Positions 36,839 through 47,929 of a stretch of DNA of 64,000 nucleotides are shown here, piece by piece (position 1 is the first letter of the stretch; each line of letters begins with the position of its first letter). The DNA lies in contig NZ_CAKRAS010000005.1 of the NCBI RefSeq assembly GCF_934295145.1, positions 5,544 through 69,543 on the forward strand, given 5' to 3'. A model generated the notes under the pieces. It saw only the letters and a program-made list of their open reading frames with translations, was not told the DNA's origin and ran no database searches. This DNA comes from an uncultured Eubacterium sp. (GTDB lineage: Bacteria; Bacillota; Clostridia; Lachnospirales; Lachnospiraceae). The position numbers and the translations under genes are program-made.

Positions 36839-39235
36839 ATGAAAAGAATTGCAGTAATGTGTCTGATTGCTTCTTTGACAATGTCAGTAAGTGGAGTTCC
36901 TGCGTATGCGCGGTCTGTGGTTACTACGGGAAATACAGTTAGCACAGTGGAAAAAACGGCAGCAACACAGGATGAGGAAGAACAGTCAGCCAAGACTGTA
37001 AGTACAGATAAATATCCGGATGACTGGGATGCGGATGATCCGGGAAATGCAAGAGCATACATGCAGCAGCATGGAGATGCAGATAATACAGAAGAATCTA
37101 CTGTGGATGACAGTAATATTGCATTATTCTCTTTGGATAATGTAAATTTAGCTAGAAGCAGCAGTGGTGTGACGACAACGTGGGAAAATTATACGTTAGA
37201 TAATAATGGGAATATCACAGGCTCAAAGACGAATACTTATACACATAATCCGGCAAATACCAATGGAAAAAGTATTGTAGCAGGAATTGATGTGTCTTAT
37301 CATAATGGAAATATCGACTGGAATAAAGTAAAAGCATCTGGTGTGGATTATGCCATGATCAGGGTCGGATACAGAGGATTTTCCGGTGGAACAATTGCAA
37401 CTAGAGGAGACAATAAGTTTAAAACTTATATTGAAGGCGCAAAAGCTGCAGGAATAAAAGTTGGTGTTTATTTCTTTTCACAGGCAATTAATGTGCAGGA
37501 AGCAGAAGAAGAAGCTGAGTGGACATTAAATCATATCAAAGATTATCAGATTGATCTTCCAGTAGTAATAGATTATGAGTATGCCGGAAATACGGATAAG
37601 AATGGAAACTCCCTGGAACGTCTGAATAATGCAAATCTGTCAAAAGCGCAGAAAACTGAAAATGTAACGGCATTTTGTAATAAGGTGACAGCAGCAGGAT
37701 ATCAGGCCATGGTATATTCCAGTTCAAGCTGGCTGGAACATGATCTGGATACCGATGCACTCGGACAGAAGTATGGAGTGTGGATGGCACGTTTTAATAC
37801 CCATTCTTACACAGATTCAGAAAAAGGAAAATTCTATGGTGGAAAAATAGATATCTGGCAGTGTAGCAGCAGAGCCAAAATAGGTGGTATCAGCACTTGT
37901 GTGGATCTTGATTATTTATATGAAGAAAATAACAATAATAAGACGGATATTGTGGAAGATTCGGAGACTGGAGACTGGTATTACACAGTAAATGGAGAGA
38001 GAGACGAGACATACACAGGTGTAGCGAAAACAAGTAAAGGCTGGATCCGGATTGAGAATGGAAAGGCAAATTTTGATTTCCAGGGAATAGCAAGTAATCA
38101 GAATGGAACCTGGTATCTGAAAGATGGAAAGGTAGATTTCGACTATACAGGCTTCGCTCATGTGGGGGGAGACTGGTGGTATGTAGAAAGTGGTCAATTA
38201 AAATACGATAGAACAGATGTCATTGAAGGAACTGTCAATGGGGAATCCGGCTGGTGGTACGTCGTTGGCGGAAAAGTGACCAGAGATACAACCGTAGCAA
38301 AAAACAGCCTTGGATGGTGGCGCATTGAAAACGGAAAAGTAAACTTTAACTTTAATGGAATCGCCAGCAATGAAAACGGAACCTGGTATCTATCCGGAGG
38401 AAAAGTTGACTTTAATTATACCGGTTTTGGCAGTGACGGAACGGACTGGTGGTACGTAGAAAAAGGCCAGGTAAACTACAATAAGACGGATGTCATGAAG
38501 ACGACCATTAACGGCGAGACTGCATGGTGGCATGTAGTCGGAAGTAAAGTGACAAAGGATACAACGGTAGCGAAAAACAGCAATGGCTGGTGGTATATCA
38601 AAGACGGAAAAGTAGACTTTGGATACAATGGATTTGCGCAGAACAGCAATGGTTGGTGGTATTTGGAAAATGGCAAAGTAACATTTCAGAAAAATGATGT
38701 CATTAAGGGTACGGTCAATGAGACGAATGGCTGGTGGCATGTAATCGGAAGTAAAGTGATCTTTGATACAACCGTGGCAAAGAATGGAAATGGCTGGTGG
38801 TATATCAAAAACGGAATGGTTGATTTCACACACAGTGGCGTTGAGAAGAATGAAAACGGCTGGTGGCGCATCGAAAATGGAAAAGTAAACTTTGGATTTT
38901 ATGGCTTTGCAGAAAACAGCAATGGCTGGTGGTATCTGGAAGGCGGCAAAGTAACATTCCGTAAAAATGATGTTATTAAGGGCACAATTGGTGGTGTCAA
39001 TGGCTGGTGGCATGTAGTTGGAAGCAAAGTGACCAAAGATACAACAGTGGCAAAAAACAGCAATGGCTGGTGGTACATCAAGGATGGAATGGTTGATTTT
39101 ACTTATAATGGTATCGCACAGAACCAGAATGGCTGGTGGTATCTGGAAGGCGGCAAAGTAAACTTTGGTTACAATGGAACTGTGACAGCAGACGAAAAAA
39201 ACTATACTGTAAAAAATGGCAAAGTTAATAAATAA
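36839..39235 (+). CDS. Secreted GH25 muramidase (lysozyme) with ~19 cell-wall-binding repeats
   Basis: Signal peptide is [56 protein letters not shown] and VVIDYEY are GH25 blocks. Long NGWW repeats follow. Confidence 0.8.
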   Translation: MKRIAVMCLIASLTMSVSGVPAYARSVVTTGNTVSTVEKTAATQDEEEQSAKTVSTDKYPDDWDADDPGNARAYMQQHGDADNTEESTVDDSNIALFSLDNVNLARSSSGVTTTWENYTLDNNGNITGSKTNTYTHNPANTNGKSIVAGIDVSYHNGNIDWNKVKASGVDYAMIRVGYRGFSGGTIATRGDNKFKTYIEGAKAAGIKVGVYFFSQAINVQEAEEEAEWTLNHIKDYQIDLPVVIDYEYAGNTDKNGNSLERLNNANLSKAQKTENVTAFCNKVTAAGYQAMVYSSSSWLEHDLDTDALGQKYGVWMARFNTHSYTDSEKGKFYGGKIDIWQCSSRAKIGGISTCVDLDYLYEENNNNKTDIVEDSETGDWYYTVNGERDETYTGVAKTSKGWIRIENGKANFDFQGIASNQNGTWYLKDGKVDFDYTGFAHVGGDWWYVESGQLKYDRTDVIEGTVNGESGWWYVVGGKVTRDTTVAKNSLGWWRIENGKVNFNFNGIASNENGTWYLSGGKVDFNYTGFGSDGTDWWYVEKGQVNYNKTDVMKTTINGETAWWHVVGSKVTKDTTVAKNSNGWWYIKDGKVDFGYNGFAQNSNGWWYLENGKVTFQKNDVIKGTVNETNGWWHVIGSKVIFDTTVAKNGNGWWYIKNGMVDFTHSGVEKNENGWWRIENGKVNFGFYGFAENSNGWWYLEGGKVTFRKNDVIKGTIGGVNGWWHVVGSKVTKDTTVAKNSNGWWYIKDGMVDFTYNGIAQNQNGWWYLEGGKVNFGYNGTVTADEKNYTVKNGKVNK
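37961..39232 (+). repeat. Coding array of NGWW repeats, 3-unit superperiod
   Basis: A ~63-66-aa superunit: [69 protein letters not shown]. Confidence 0.85.
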
Positions 39236-39261
39236 TAAAGCGCAGTAAAAGAGGGATACTT

Positions 39262-41997
39262 ATGAGAAAAAAGAATAAGGTAACAGCGGTTATTCTTTCA
39301 TTGTTTCTGAGTGTTGTGATGTTTGCGACACCTTGTCTGGCAGCACAGGCAGATAACGGAAGTATGGTGCTGACTGAGGATGGTCAGGAAGTAAGTCAGC
39401 CGGAAAACAATACAGATGTAACTGAAACAGATCAGAATAACGGTACAAAGGTTGAAGCAGATTCCTCAGATGTAGAAGATGTTTCTAAGTCTGAGGTGGA
39501 AAATCCGGATGTCAGCAGTACGGAAGATGTTGTTGTGGATGATGAGAAGCCGGATGTTTCGGATGTAGAGACAGCGGGAAATCCATCAACAGACAAGTCT
39601 GAAACAGATACACAGGATATCGCAACACAGGAAAATCAGGATGCCGAGGTTGCCGTGCAGGATCTGGAAGTGGAAGAGAAAAGTTTGTCTGGTCAGTATC
39701 TGATTAACTTTAATAAATCCAATAGTTCTTCTACCTATGTATCTTATACAGAATACAATACAGGAAAAAGCGGATATATTAATGGTTTTTATGGTGCGGA
39801 TGCGGCATACCTTGGAACCACAGGAAATTATTATATCTTTATGATGTCCGGTGTGATTGGAAAGGTCAGCAGCAGTGCGGTAACCCTGATTCCGTTCGAA
39901 AATGCAAAGAGTCACAGTTATTATTATGTGGAAAAGGGCAATCTGTATCATAGAATTACGAGAAACTTATCTGGAGCAAGTTATGTTTCAAAACTGAATA
40001 ATGGAAAGGCCCCTTCGTATTTGTCAGCGGGAACGAATTATCTCAGTTACGATGGACATTATTTTTACACGAATTATGCGACAATGGTTTCTGATTATAC
40101 CAGTGACAGTAGAGCACATTCTGTAAATCCGAATATGCCATATTACAATTATTATCAGTTTCTTCCGTTGCGCAGTACAACCTGCTATACCGCAGATGAA
40201 TTAAATACAACCATTAATGCTAAGATTACATCGACATCCAAGATGAAGGATCTGGGCAGTGATTTTGTAAATGATCAGAATACATATGGTGTGAATGCGT
40301 TATTGATGGCTGCAATTGCGGCAAATGAAAGCAGCTGGGGAGACAGCAGTATTGCAAAAAACAAAAATAACCTGTTTGGACTAAATGCAGTGGATGCATC
40401 TCCGTCACAGAGCGCAAATCAGTATGCAAATGTATCGACATGTATTAAAGATTTTGCAGAAACCTATATGTCAAAAAAATATCTGAACCCAAATAATTTC
40501 AGTAAAGGAAATTATCGTGGTGCTTATCTTGGAAATAAGGCAAGTGGTATCAATGTGCAGTATGCGTCAGATCCATACTGGGGAGAAAAGGCGGCAAACT
40601 ATGCTTACTATCTGGGGCAGAAATTGTCATCCAAAGACGAATATCGTTATACGATCGGTATCAAAGATCCGATCAGCTGTGTGAATAAGACACCGTCCAT
40701 GAATCTGAATGTGCGGAATGGAAATACGACTTCTTCTGCGAGACTGTATTATGCAGCAAATTTATATGGTGTAGCGTTCTTATTGAAAGATGGAACAAAT
40801 GTATCGAATGGTTTTTATAAGGTTCAGAGCGATGGCGTATTAAACAGTGGACGAACAGCTATTAACAACAGTACTGGTGTTTATGATTTCAGTGATATGT
40901 ATGCATATACAAGTGCATCTTACATAACGGTTGTAAATTATGGAGATGGAAGCAATAACAATGATGTCATTGACAAGAGCCTGAATGGTGTGATCAAAGC
41001 TGCAGACGGAAACTGGTACTATTATGTAAATGGTGTGATCGACTATACCCATACCGGTGTAGACAAAAATGCCAACGGCTGGTGGCGTGTGGAGAACGGT
41101 AAAGTAAACTTTAACTATGAAGGTGTTGCCAAGAACCAGAATGGCTGGTGGTATCTGAAAGATGGACAAGTTGATTTTACCTATAATGGATTTGCAAGTA
41201 ATGAAAACGGCTGGTGGTATGTAGAAAACGGAAAAGTTACATTTGCAAAAAATGATATCATTAAGGGAATTGTTAAAGGAACAAATGGCTGGTGGCATGT
41301 GGTTGAAAGTCAGGTGACTTTCGATACAACAGTAGCAAAAAACAGTCTTGGCTGGTGGTTTGTCAACAACGGAATGGTCGATTTTTCTCATAATGGTGTA
41401 GAGAAAAACAGCAATGGATGGTGGTACATCAAAGATGGAAAAGTTGACTTCTCCTATCAGGGCTTTGCGCAGAACAGTAATGGCTGGTGGTACCTGGAAG
41501 GCGGAAAAGTTCTATTTTCAAAGAGTGATGTAATGAAAGCAACCATTGGTGGTGTTAATGCATGGTGGTATGTGGTTGGAGGTAAGGTGACTTCTGATAC
41601 GACTGTGGCAAAAAACAGCAATGGCTGGTGGTATATCAAAGATGGAAAAGTAGATTTCTCCTATCAGGGCTTTGCACAGAACAGCAATGGCTGGTGGTAT
41701 CTGGAAGGTGGAAAGGTAACGTTCCAGAAAAATGATGTTGTCAAAGGAGCAGTAGATGATGAGACTGCATGGTGGCATGTCGTTGGAAGCAAAGTGACCT
41801 ACGATAATACAGTAGCAAAAAACAGCAATGGCTGGTGGAAAATTACAAATGGAAAGGTTGATTTCAACTTTACGGGAATTGCATCAAACCAGAATGGCTG
41901 GTGGTATCTGAAGGATGGAAAAGTTGATTTTTCTCATAATGCAACAATTACATCCAACGGAAAAACGTATCAGATCGTTAACGGTCAGGTAAAATAA
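39262..41997 (+). CDS. Secreted GH73 N-acetylglucosaminidase with acidic linker, SH3-like region and ~15 cell-wall-binding repeats
   Basis: Signal peptide is MRKKNKVTAVILSLFLSVVMFATPCLA, followed by a D/E/S/T-rich low-complexity segment. NALLMAAIAANESSWGDSSIAKNKNNLFGL is the GH73 catalytic block. NGWW repeats run to the C-terminus. Confidence 0.75.
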   Translation: MRKKNKVTAVILSLFLSVVMFATPCLAAQADNGSMVLTEDGQEVSQPENNTDVTETDQNNGTKVEADSSDVEDVSKSEVENPDVSSTEDVVVDDEKPDVSDVETAGNPSTDKSETDTQDIATQENQDAEVAVQDLEVEEKSLSGQYLINFNKSNSSSTYVSYTEYNTGKSGYINGFYGADAAYLGTTGNYYIFMMSGVIGKVSSSAVTLIPFENAKSHSYYYVEKGNLYHRITRNLSGASYVSKLNNGKAPSYLSAGTNYLSYDGHYFYTNYATMVSDYTSDSRAHSVNPNMPYYNYYQFLPLRSTTCYTADELNTTINAKITSTSKMKDLGSDFVNDQNTYGVNALLMAAIAANESSWGDSSIAKNKNNLFGLNAVDASPSQSANQYANVSTCIKDFAETYMSKKYLNPNNFSKGNYRGAYLGNKASGINVQYASDPYWGEKAANYAYYLGQKLSSKDEYRYTIGIKDPISCVNKTPSMNLNVRNGNTTSSARLYYAANLYGVAFLLKDGTNVSNGFYKVQSDGVLNSGRTAINNSTGVYDFSDMYAYTSASYITVVNYGDGSNNNDVIDKSLNGVIKAADGNWYYYVNGVIDYTHTGVDKNANGWWRVENGKVNFNYEGVAKNQNGWWYLKDGQVDFTYNGFASNENGWWYVENGKVTFAKNDIIKGIVKGTNGWWHVVESQVTFDTTVAKNSLGWWFVNNGMVDFSHNGVEKNSNGWWYIKDGKVDFSYQGFAQNSNGWWYLEGGKVLFSKSDVMKATIGGVNAWWYVVGGKVTSDTTVAKNSNGWWYIKDGKVDFSYQGFAQNSNGWWYLEGGKVTFQKNDVVKGAVDDETAWWHVVGSKVTYDNTVAKNSNGWWKITNGKVDFNFTGIASNQNGWWYLKDGKVDFSHNATITSNGKTYQIVNGQVK
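41000..41994 (+). repeat. Coding array of NGWW repeats, 3-unit superperiod (same class as 37961-39232)
   Basis: DNA segments ~41398-41520 and ~41604-41725 are close copies ([36 protein letters not shown]). Confidence 0.85.
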
Positions 41998-42011
41998 TTG
42001 AATATAAGCGA

Positions 42012-42048
42012 AAAATGCACTTATATGAATAATAAGTGCATTTTGCTT
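42012..42048 (+). terminator. Rho-independent terminator
   Basis: Perfect 13-bp stem, aaaatgcacttat with ataagtgcatttt, and a 7-nt loop. The 3' arm ends in a T-run. Confidence 0.7.
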
Positions 42049-42129
42049 TACTAACCAGCAAAAAAATGTTACAATTTTGTTAATTAGAGGAAAAAACAGG
42101 TAAAGCTTTTCAGGAAGGAAAATAGAAAT

Positions 42130-43029
42130 ATGAATACTACATTAGTGATTATGGCCGCAGGAATTGGATCCAGATTTGGTGGTGGAGTAAAACAGCTTAC
42201 TCCGGTAGGTCCAAATGGTGAGATTATTATAGATTACTCTATTCATGATGCACTGGAGGCTGGTTTTAATAAAATCGTTTTTATCATTCGTAAAGATATC
42301 GAGGCAGATTTCAAAGAAGTCATTGGTGATCGTATCGAGAAGATCTGTGATGTGGAATATGTATTCCAGTCACTGGATGATCTGCCGGAAGGCTTTGAAA
42401 AGCCGGCAGACCGTACAAAACCATGGGGAACCGGACAGGCAGTAAGATGCTGCAAAGGTATCGTTAATGAGCCGTTTGCTGTCATTAATGCAGATGATTA
42501 CTATGGAAAAGAAGCATTTGTGAAAGTGCATGATTATCTGGTAAATTGTGGCGATACAAAATATCAGTATTGCATGGCCGGCTTTATCCTTGATAATACA
42601 CTTAGCGATAACGGAACGGTTACCAGAGGTGTGTGCAAAGTAGATGACCAGGAAATGCTTGAAAAAATCGTAGAGACAAGTGGAATTGCCCGCGGCGCAG
42701 ACGGAATTGTCCGTGATGAGAATGGAAATGAGATTCCATCCGGAACACATGTATCCATGAATATGTGGGGTGTGACACCGGAGTTCTTGGATGTGCTGGA
42801 TAAAGGCTTTGCAGAATTTCTTGCAAAGGTTGAGCCGGGCAATATCAAAGCAGAGTATCTGCTTCCAACTATTATTGGCGATATGCTTGCAAATGGCGAA
42901 GTGTCTGTAAAAGTACTTGAGACACAGGATAAATGGTTTGGTGTAACCTATCAGGAAGACCGTCAGACGGTAGTAGACGCATTTGCAGAACTGATCGCAA
43001 ACGGAGTATACAAGACACCGTTATTTTAA
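42130..43029 (+). CDS. Sugar-phosphate nucleotidyltransferase (NTP_transferase superfamily, substrate unknown)
   Basis: LVIMAAGIGSRFGGGVKQL G-loop, KPWGTGQAV and VINADDYYG blocks. Confidence 0.6.
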   Translation: MNTTLVIMAAGIGSRFGGGVKQLTPVGPNGEIIIDYSIHDALEAGFNKIVFIIRKDIEADFKEVIGDRIEKICDVEYVFQSLDDLPEGFEKPADRTKPWGTGQAVRCCKGIVNEPFAVINADDYYGKEAFVKVHDYLVNCGDTKYQYCMAGFILDNTLSDNGTVTRGVCKVDDQEMLEKIVETSGIARGADGIVRDENGNEIPSGTHVSMNMWGVTPEFLDVLDKGFAEFLAKVEPGNIKAEYLLPTIIGDMLANGEVSVKVLETQDKWFGVTYQEDRQTVVDAFAELIANGVYKTPLF

Positions 43030-43117
43030 CCAGATTAAGCAAGTAGCGTAAGAGGATTGTGAATATCTGTCAGAAGTTCAGAAGCAAAATCATAATAAAA
43101 TATTTATCAAATTAGAA

Positions 43118-43158
43118 ACACTTCATGCTGTAGAAATTACAGTGTGGGGTGTTTTTTT
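43118..43158 (+). terminator. Candidate terminator (imperfect hairpin + T7)
   Basis: acac...ctgta gaaat tacag...ggtgt, followed by ttttttt. Confidence 0.4.
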
Positions 43159-43276
43159 GATAGGAAATTACGTTGAATTGAAAAGTGAATTCTATCTGGT
43201 AGTATAAAGATCCTCTTTTTGTTAAATACTGTAACAAATAATCTAAGTAAAACATTATGATAAGGAGACGGAAATT

Positions 43277-44308
43277 ATGGCAACACAAATCGGACGCCAA
43301 AGCATCATGTTTGAAAATCCACCCTGGATCATCAGCAGTGGCTGCGTGGCGGGAACAAAGGAAGCAGAGGGACCTATCGGACATGAGATCGACTTAGTAG
43401 GCGAAGATGATAATTTTGGGTGTGATATCTGGGAAGAAGCGGAGAGTACATTGCAAAAAGAAGCGTTGACCATCGCATTGGGAAAAGCAGGATTAAAAGC
43501 AGAAGATCTGCGGTATCTGTTCGCCGGGGATTTGCTTGGACAGTCTATGGCAACATCCTTCGGCCTGCAGCAGTTCAACATTCCATTATTTGGATTATAC
43601 GGTGCCTGCTCAACGGCAGGAGAGTCATTGGCGCTTGCCGCAATGACAGTGGCCGCGGGCTACGCAGATCTGGCAGGAGCGGTGACTTCCAGCCATTTTG
43701 CCAGTGCGGAGAAGCAGTTTCGCTTTCCCCTGGAATATGCCAGTCAAAGGCCCTTATGTACTACCTGGACGGTTACCGGTTCCGGAGCCTTTGTACTTGG
43801 CAGAGACAGATCAGAACATGAGTATGATGTCTGCATCACTGGAATCACACCGGGCAAAATCGTGGATTATGGCGTCCGGGATTCCATGAACATGGGAGCA
43901 GCTATGGCCCCGGCGACGGCTGCCTGCATTGCGGCGCATCTGGAGGATTTCTCAAGAAGTCCATCCTACTATGACAAGATCATTACCGGTGATCTGGGAG
44001 CGGTAGGGCGGGAAATTCTCATTGATCTGTTGCGGCAGAAAAATATTGAGATCGGAAGCTTTCATACCGACTGTGGATTGGAAATCTTTGATAATGAGCG
44101 CCAAGGTACAGGGAGTGGTGGAAGTGGCTGTGGCTGTGCCGCAGTGACGCTAAGCGCACATTTTCTGCCGATGCTGTGGCGCGGAGAACTGAAGCGGGTA
44201 CTATTTGTACCGACAGGCGCATTACTGTCTAAAATCAGCTTTAATGAGGGCGAGAACGTGCCTGGAATTGCTCATGCGGTGGTGTTAGAAGCGGTAGAAA
44301 GGAAGTGA
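43277..44308 (+). CDS. spoVAD: Stage V sporulation protein AD
   Basis: The N-terminus FENPPWIISSGCVAGTKEAEGPIG and a thiolase-like fold pattern (GACSTAGESL, GSGGSGCGCAAV) are typical of SpoVAD. Confidence 0.8.
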   Translation: MATQIGRQSIMFENPPWIISSGCVAGTKEAEGPIGHEIDLVGEDDNFGCDIWEEAESTLQKEALTIALGKAGLKAEDLRYLFAGDLLGQSMATSFGLQQFNIPLFGLYGACSTAGESLALAAMTVAAGYADLAGAVTSSHFASAEKQFRFPLEYASQRPLCTTWTVTGSGAFVLGRDRSEHEYDVCITGITPGKIVDYGVRDSMNMGAAMAPATAACIAAHLEDFSRSPSYYDKIITGDLGAVGREILIDLLRQKNIEIGSFHTDCGLEIFDNERQGTGSGGSGCGCAAVTLSAHFLPMLWRGELKRVLFVPTGALLSKISFNEGENVPGIAHAVVLEAVERK

Positions 44309-44312
44309 AACT

Positions 44313-44669
44313 ATGGACTATATAAATGCATTCTGGGTCGGTGGACTGATCTGCGCACTTGTGCAGATTTTACTGGAAAAAACAAAACTGCTTCCGGGGC
44401 GTGTCATGGTACTTCTTGTATGTTCTGGAGCCGTGCTCGGTGCAGTTGGCATCTATGAACCCTTTTCAAAATTTGCGGGAGCAGGAGCAAATGTGCCGCT
44501 GCTTGGATTTGGAAACACATTGTGGAAAGGAATGAAAACAGCCATTGATGAAAGCGGATTTCTTGGGCTTTTTACCGGCGGATTTACAGCCTGCGCCGTC
44601 GGTGTATCGGCAGCACTGATCTTTGGATATCTGGCGTCACTGATTTTCAATTCTAAAATGAGAAAATAA
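44313..44669 (+). CDS. spoVAE: Stage V sporulation protein AE (SpoVAEB-type small membrane protein)
   Basis: A 118-aa protein with 3-4 TM segments (VGGLICALVQILL..., GANVPLLGFGNTL), immediately downstream of spoVAD. Confidence 0.65.
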   Translation: MDYINAFWVGGLICALVQILLEKTKLLPGRVMVLLVCSGAVLGAVGIYEPFSKFAGAGANVPLLGFGNTLWKGMKTAIDESGFLGLFTGGFTACAVGVSAALIFGYLASLIFNSKMRK

Positions 44670-44819
44670 TAATATTGTTAATGCATAAAATTTGAAAAAA
44701 AGTATCATATTAACAATACAAAACACAGCTTTTCATCCGTACTTTTATGGCGAAATATAAGACAGTCATGTTGAATGAAAAGACTGAATGAAAAACAGTG
44801 AAAAAGGAGAGATACCGAC

Positions 44820-45200
44820 ATGAAAAAAATGAAACAGATTGCGTTTATTCTTGTGCTGGCATTAAGTTTAACTACCTTTGCTGCATGTGGAAAAAACAAT
44901 AAGGATATGAACAATGGAGCCAACACCAATTCCGTGACAGAAAACGGTACAGATGCCAACGACACCATCAAAGACGAAAGTCGCACCGACACGAATACCG
45001 GCAGCAATACTACAACGAATCATGACGCAAACAACGATCTGGATCGAAACGACGGCGGTATTACCGGCGAGAACATGGATAAAGCCAGAGAAAACGCAAA
45101 AGACGCAGCAGAAGATACCAAAGACGCGATTCGTGACACAGGAGAGGCAATCAAAAATGGTATCACAGGTGATGACACAACAAATACCAATAACAATTAA
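44820..45200 (+). CDS. Small lipoprotein with N/D/T-rich low-complexity mature region
   Basis: MKKMKQIAFILVLALSLTTFAAC-G is a signal peptide with a lipobox-like FAAC. The remainder is polar low complexity. Confidence 0.55.
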   Translation: MKKMKQIAFILVLALSLTTFAACGKNNKDMNNGANTNSVTENGTDANDTIKDESRTDTNTGSNTTTNHDANNDLDRNDGGITGENMDKARENAKDAAEDTKDAIRDTGEAIKNGITGDDTTNTNNN

Positions 45201-45215
45201 AGAAGTAACGTAAAT

Positions 45216-45284
45216 GAGGAGGAGAACTCAGATTAGTGATGCAGGGCGTCTTAGCCCAAAGCACTCATCTGAGTTCTTCTCCTC
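45216..45284. terminator. Long imperfect hairpin between convergent genes (bidirectional terminator candidate)
   Basis: gaggaggagaactcagat (45216-45233) pairs with atctgagttcttctcctc (45267-45284), with one mismatch. The interior also pairs (agtg/cact, gggc/gccc). Confidence 0.6.
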
Positions 45285-45331
45285 TTTAAAACATAAAAAT
45301 TAAACTATAAAATTTACGTCATGAAACCCCA

Positions 45332-46792
<1,461 letters not shown>

Positions 46793-47116
46793 TTATCCTC
46801 CCTCGTGTGTTTTGTGAGCAAAAAAAGAAAAACACTGCTGTTTTTCTGATTTCTATAAATACATAAATTAATTTTGAAAATATTATAGTAATTTAAAATT
46901 GTAATGTCAATGACTTTTCGACAAAGGTTTCTTTTTTTTGCAGTTTGTGATATTTTAAGTGTATACTTTGCAAAATGTTAGAAGAAACAACCAAAGTAGA
47001 GATAAGTAGAAGTAATAAATATAATAAGGTAACTTCTCACACAGCCTTTTTGTGAGAGAGAGATTGTTATCTGCAATCAAAAGACAAGTTGACTGAGACA
47101 AAAAAAGGAGAGTTGT

Positions 47117-47899
47117 ATGGAATTTCGGCCATGTATTGATATTCATAACGGAAAGGTAAAACAAATCGTAGGAGGAACGCTGAAGGACCAGGGTGATCAG
47201 GCGGCAGAAAATTTCGTGTCGGAGCAGAATGCCCCATTTTATGCAAAACTGTATCAGTCCTGCGGAATCCGGGGAGGACATATTATCTTATTAAATGCGA
47301 AAGATTCTCCCTATTATGAGGCAACAAAATCACAGGCACTGGCAGCGCTGGAGGTTTATCCAGGCGGATTACAGGTGGGCGGCGGCATTACGGCAGAAAA
47401 TGCCCATGAATTTCTACGGGCGGGAGCCAGTCATGTCATTGTAACTTCCTATGTATTCCGGGACGGAAAGGTAGATTATGACCGGCTGGAGAAACTGGTG
47501 CAGACCGTTGGAAAAGAACATTTGGTGCTGGATTTAAGCTGTCGGAAAAAAGCTGGTTCTTACTATATTGTAACGGATCGCTGGCAAAAATTTACGGATG
47601 AGTGTGTGACGGAAGAATTGCTGGATCGTCTGGCGGGTTATGCAGATGAATTCCTGATCCATGCAGTGGATGTGGAAGGAAAAGCTTCTGGCATCGAAGG
47701 AGAACTTACCGAACTGCTTGGCAAATGGAACAAGATCCCGGTAACTTACGCCGGTGGAATCGGAAGTTTTGTGGACCTGGAAGAACTGGCGGAGAAAGGG
47801 CAGTGTCATTTAAATTATACCATTGGAAGTGCCCTGGATCTCTTTGGCGGAAATATGAAGTTTGAAGAAGTCTTGAAATTTAGTGAAAAATTATTATAA
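47117..47899 (+). CDS. hisA: ProFAR isomerase, His6/eukaryote-type HisA subfamily
   Basis: CIDIHNGKVKQIVGGTL, FVSEQNAPFYAKLYQ, LQVGGGI, VLDLSCRKK and FLIHAVDVEG closely parallel yeast His6 as I remember it. Confidence 0.65.
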   Translation: MEFRPCIDIHNGKVKQIVGGTLKDQGDQAAENFVSEQNAPFYAKLYQSCGIRGGHIILLNAKDSPYYEATKSQALAALEVYPGGLQVGGGITAENAHEFLRAGASHVIVTSYVFRDGKVDYDRLEKLVQTVGKEHLVLDLSCRKKAGSYYIVTDRWQKFTDECVTEELLDRLAGYADEFLIHAVDVEGKASGIEGELTELLGKWNKIPVTYAGGIGSFVDLEELAEKGQCHLNYTIGSALDLFGGNMKFEEVLKFSEKLL

Positions 47900-47929
47900 T
47901 AAAATAAAAATTACAGGAGGAAAACTGCC

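Noticed and set aside
31697-41994. Periodic DNA repeats (~63, ~126 and ~190 bp) that could be mistaken for CRISPR or satellite arrays.
   Set aside because: They are in-frame coding repeats without unique spacers of constant length, and no cas genes are present.
36839-41997. GH25 lysozyme plus GH73 glucosaminidase as a prophage lysis cassette.
   Set aside because: Both have classical Sec signal peptides and long wall-binding arrays. No holin, structural, integrase or other phage genes are nearby, so they look like host autolysins.
30998-41997. NGWW repeats as large-clostridial-toxin CROPs, CWB2, SLH or ChW repeats.
   Set aside because: The unit length (~20-21 aa) and the aromatic pattern fit the CW_binding_1 type. 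They do not fit ~90-aa CWB2, ~55-aa SLH or ~50-aa ChW. The attached domains are wall enzymes, not glucosyltransferase toxins.
44672-44718. A 10-bp inverted repeat (tattgttaat / attaacaata) after spoVAE.
   Set aside because: It is AT-only with a 26-nt loop and no U-tract, so it has weak thermodynamic support as a terminator and matches no other recognisable element.
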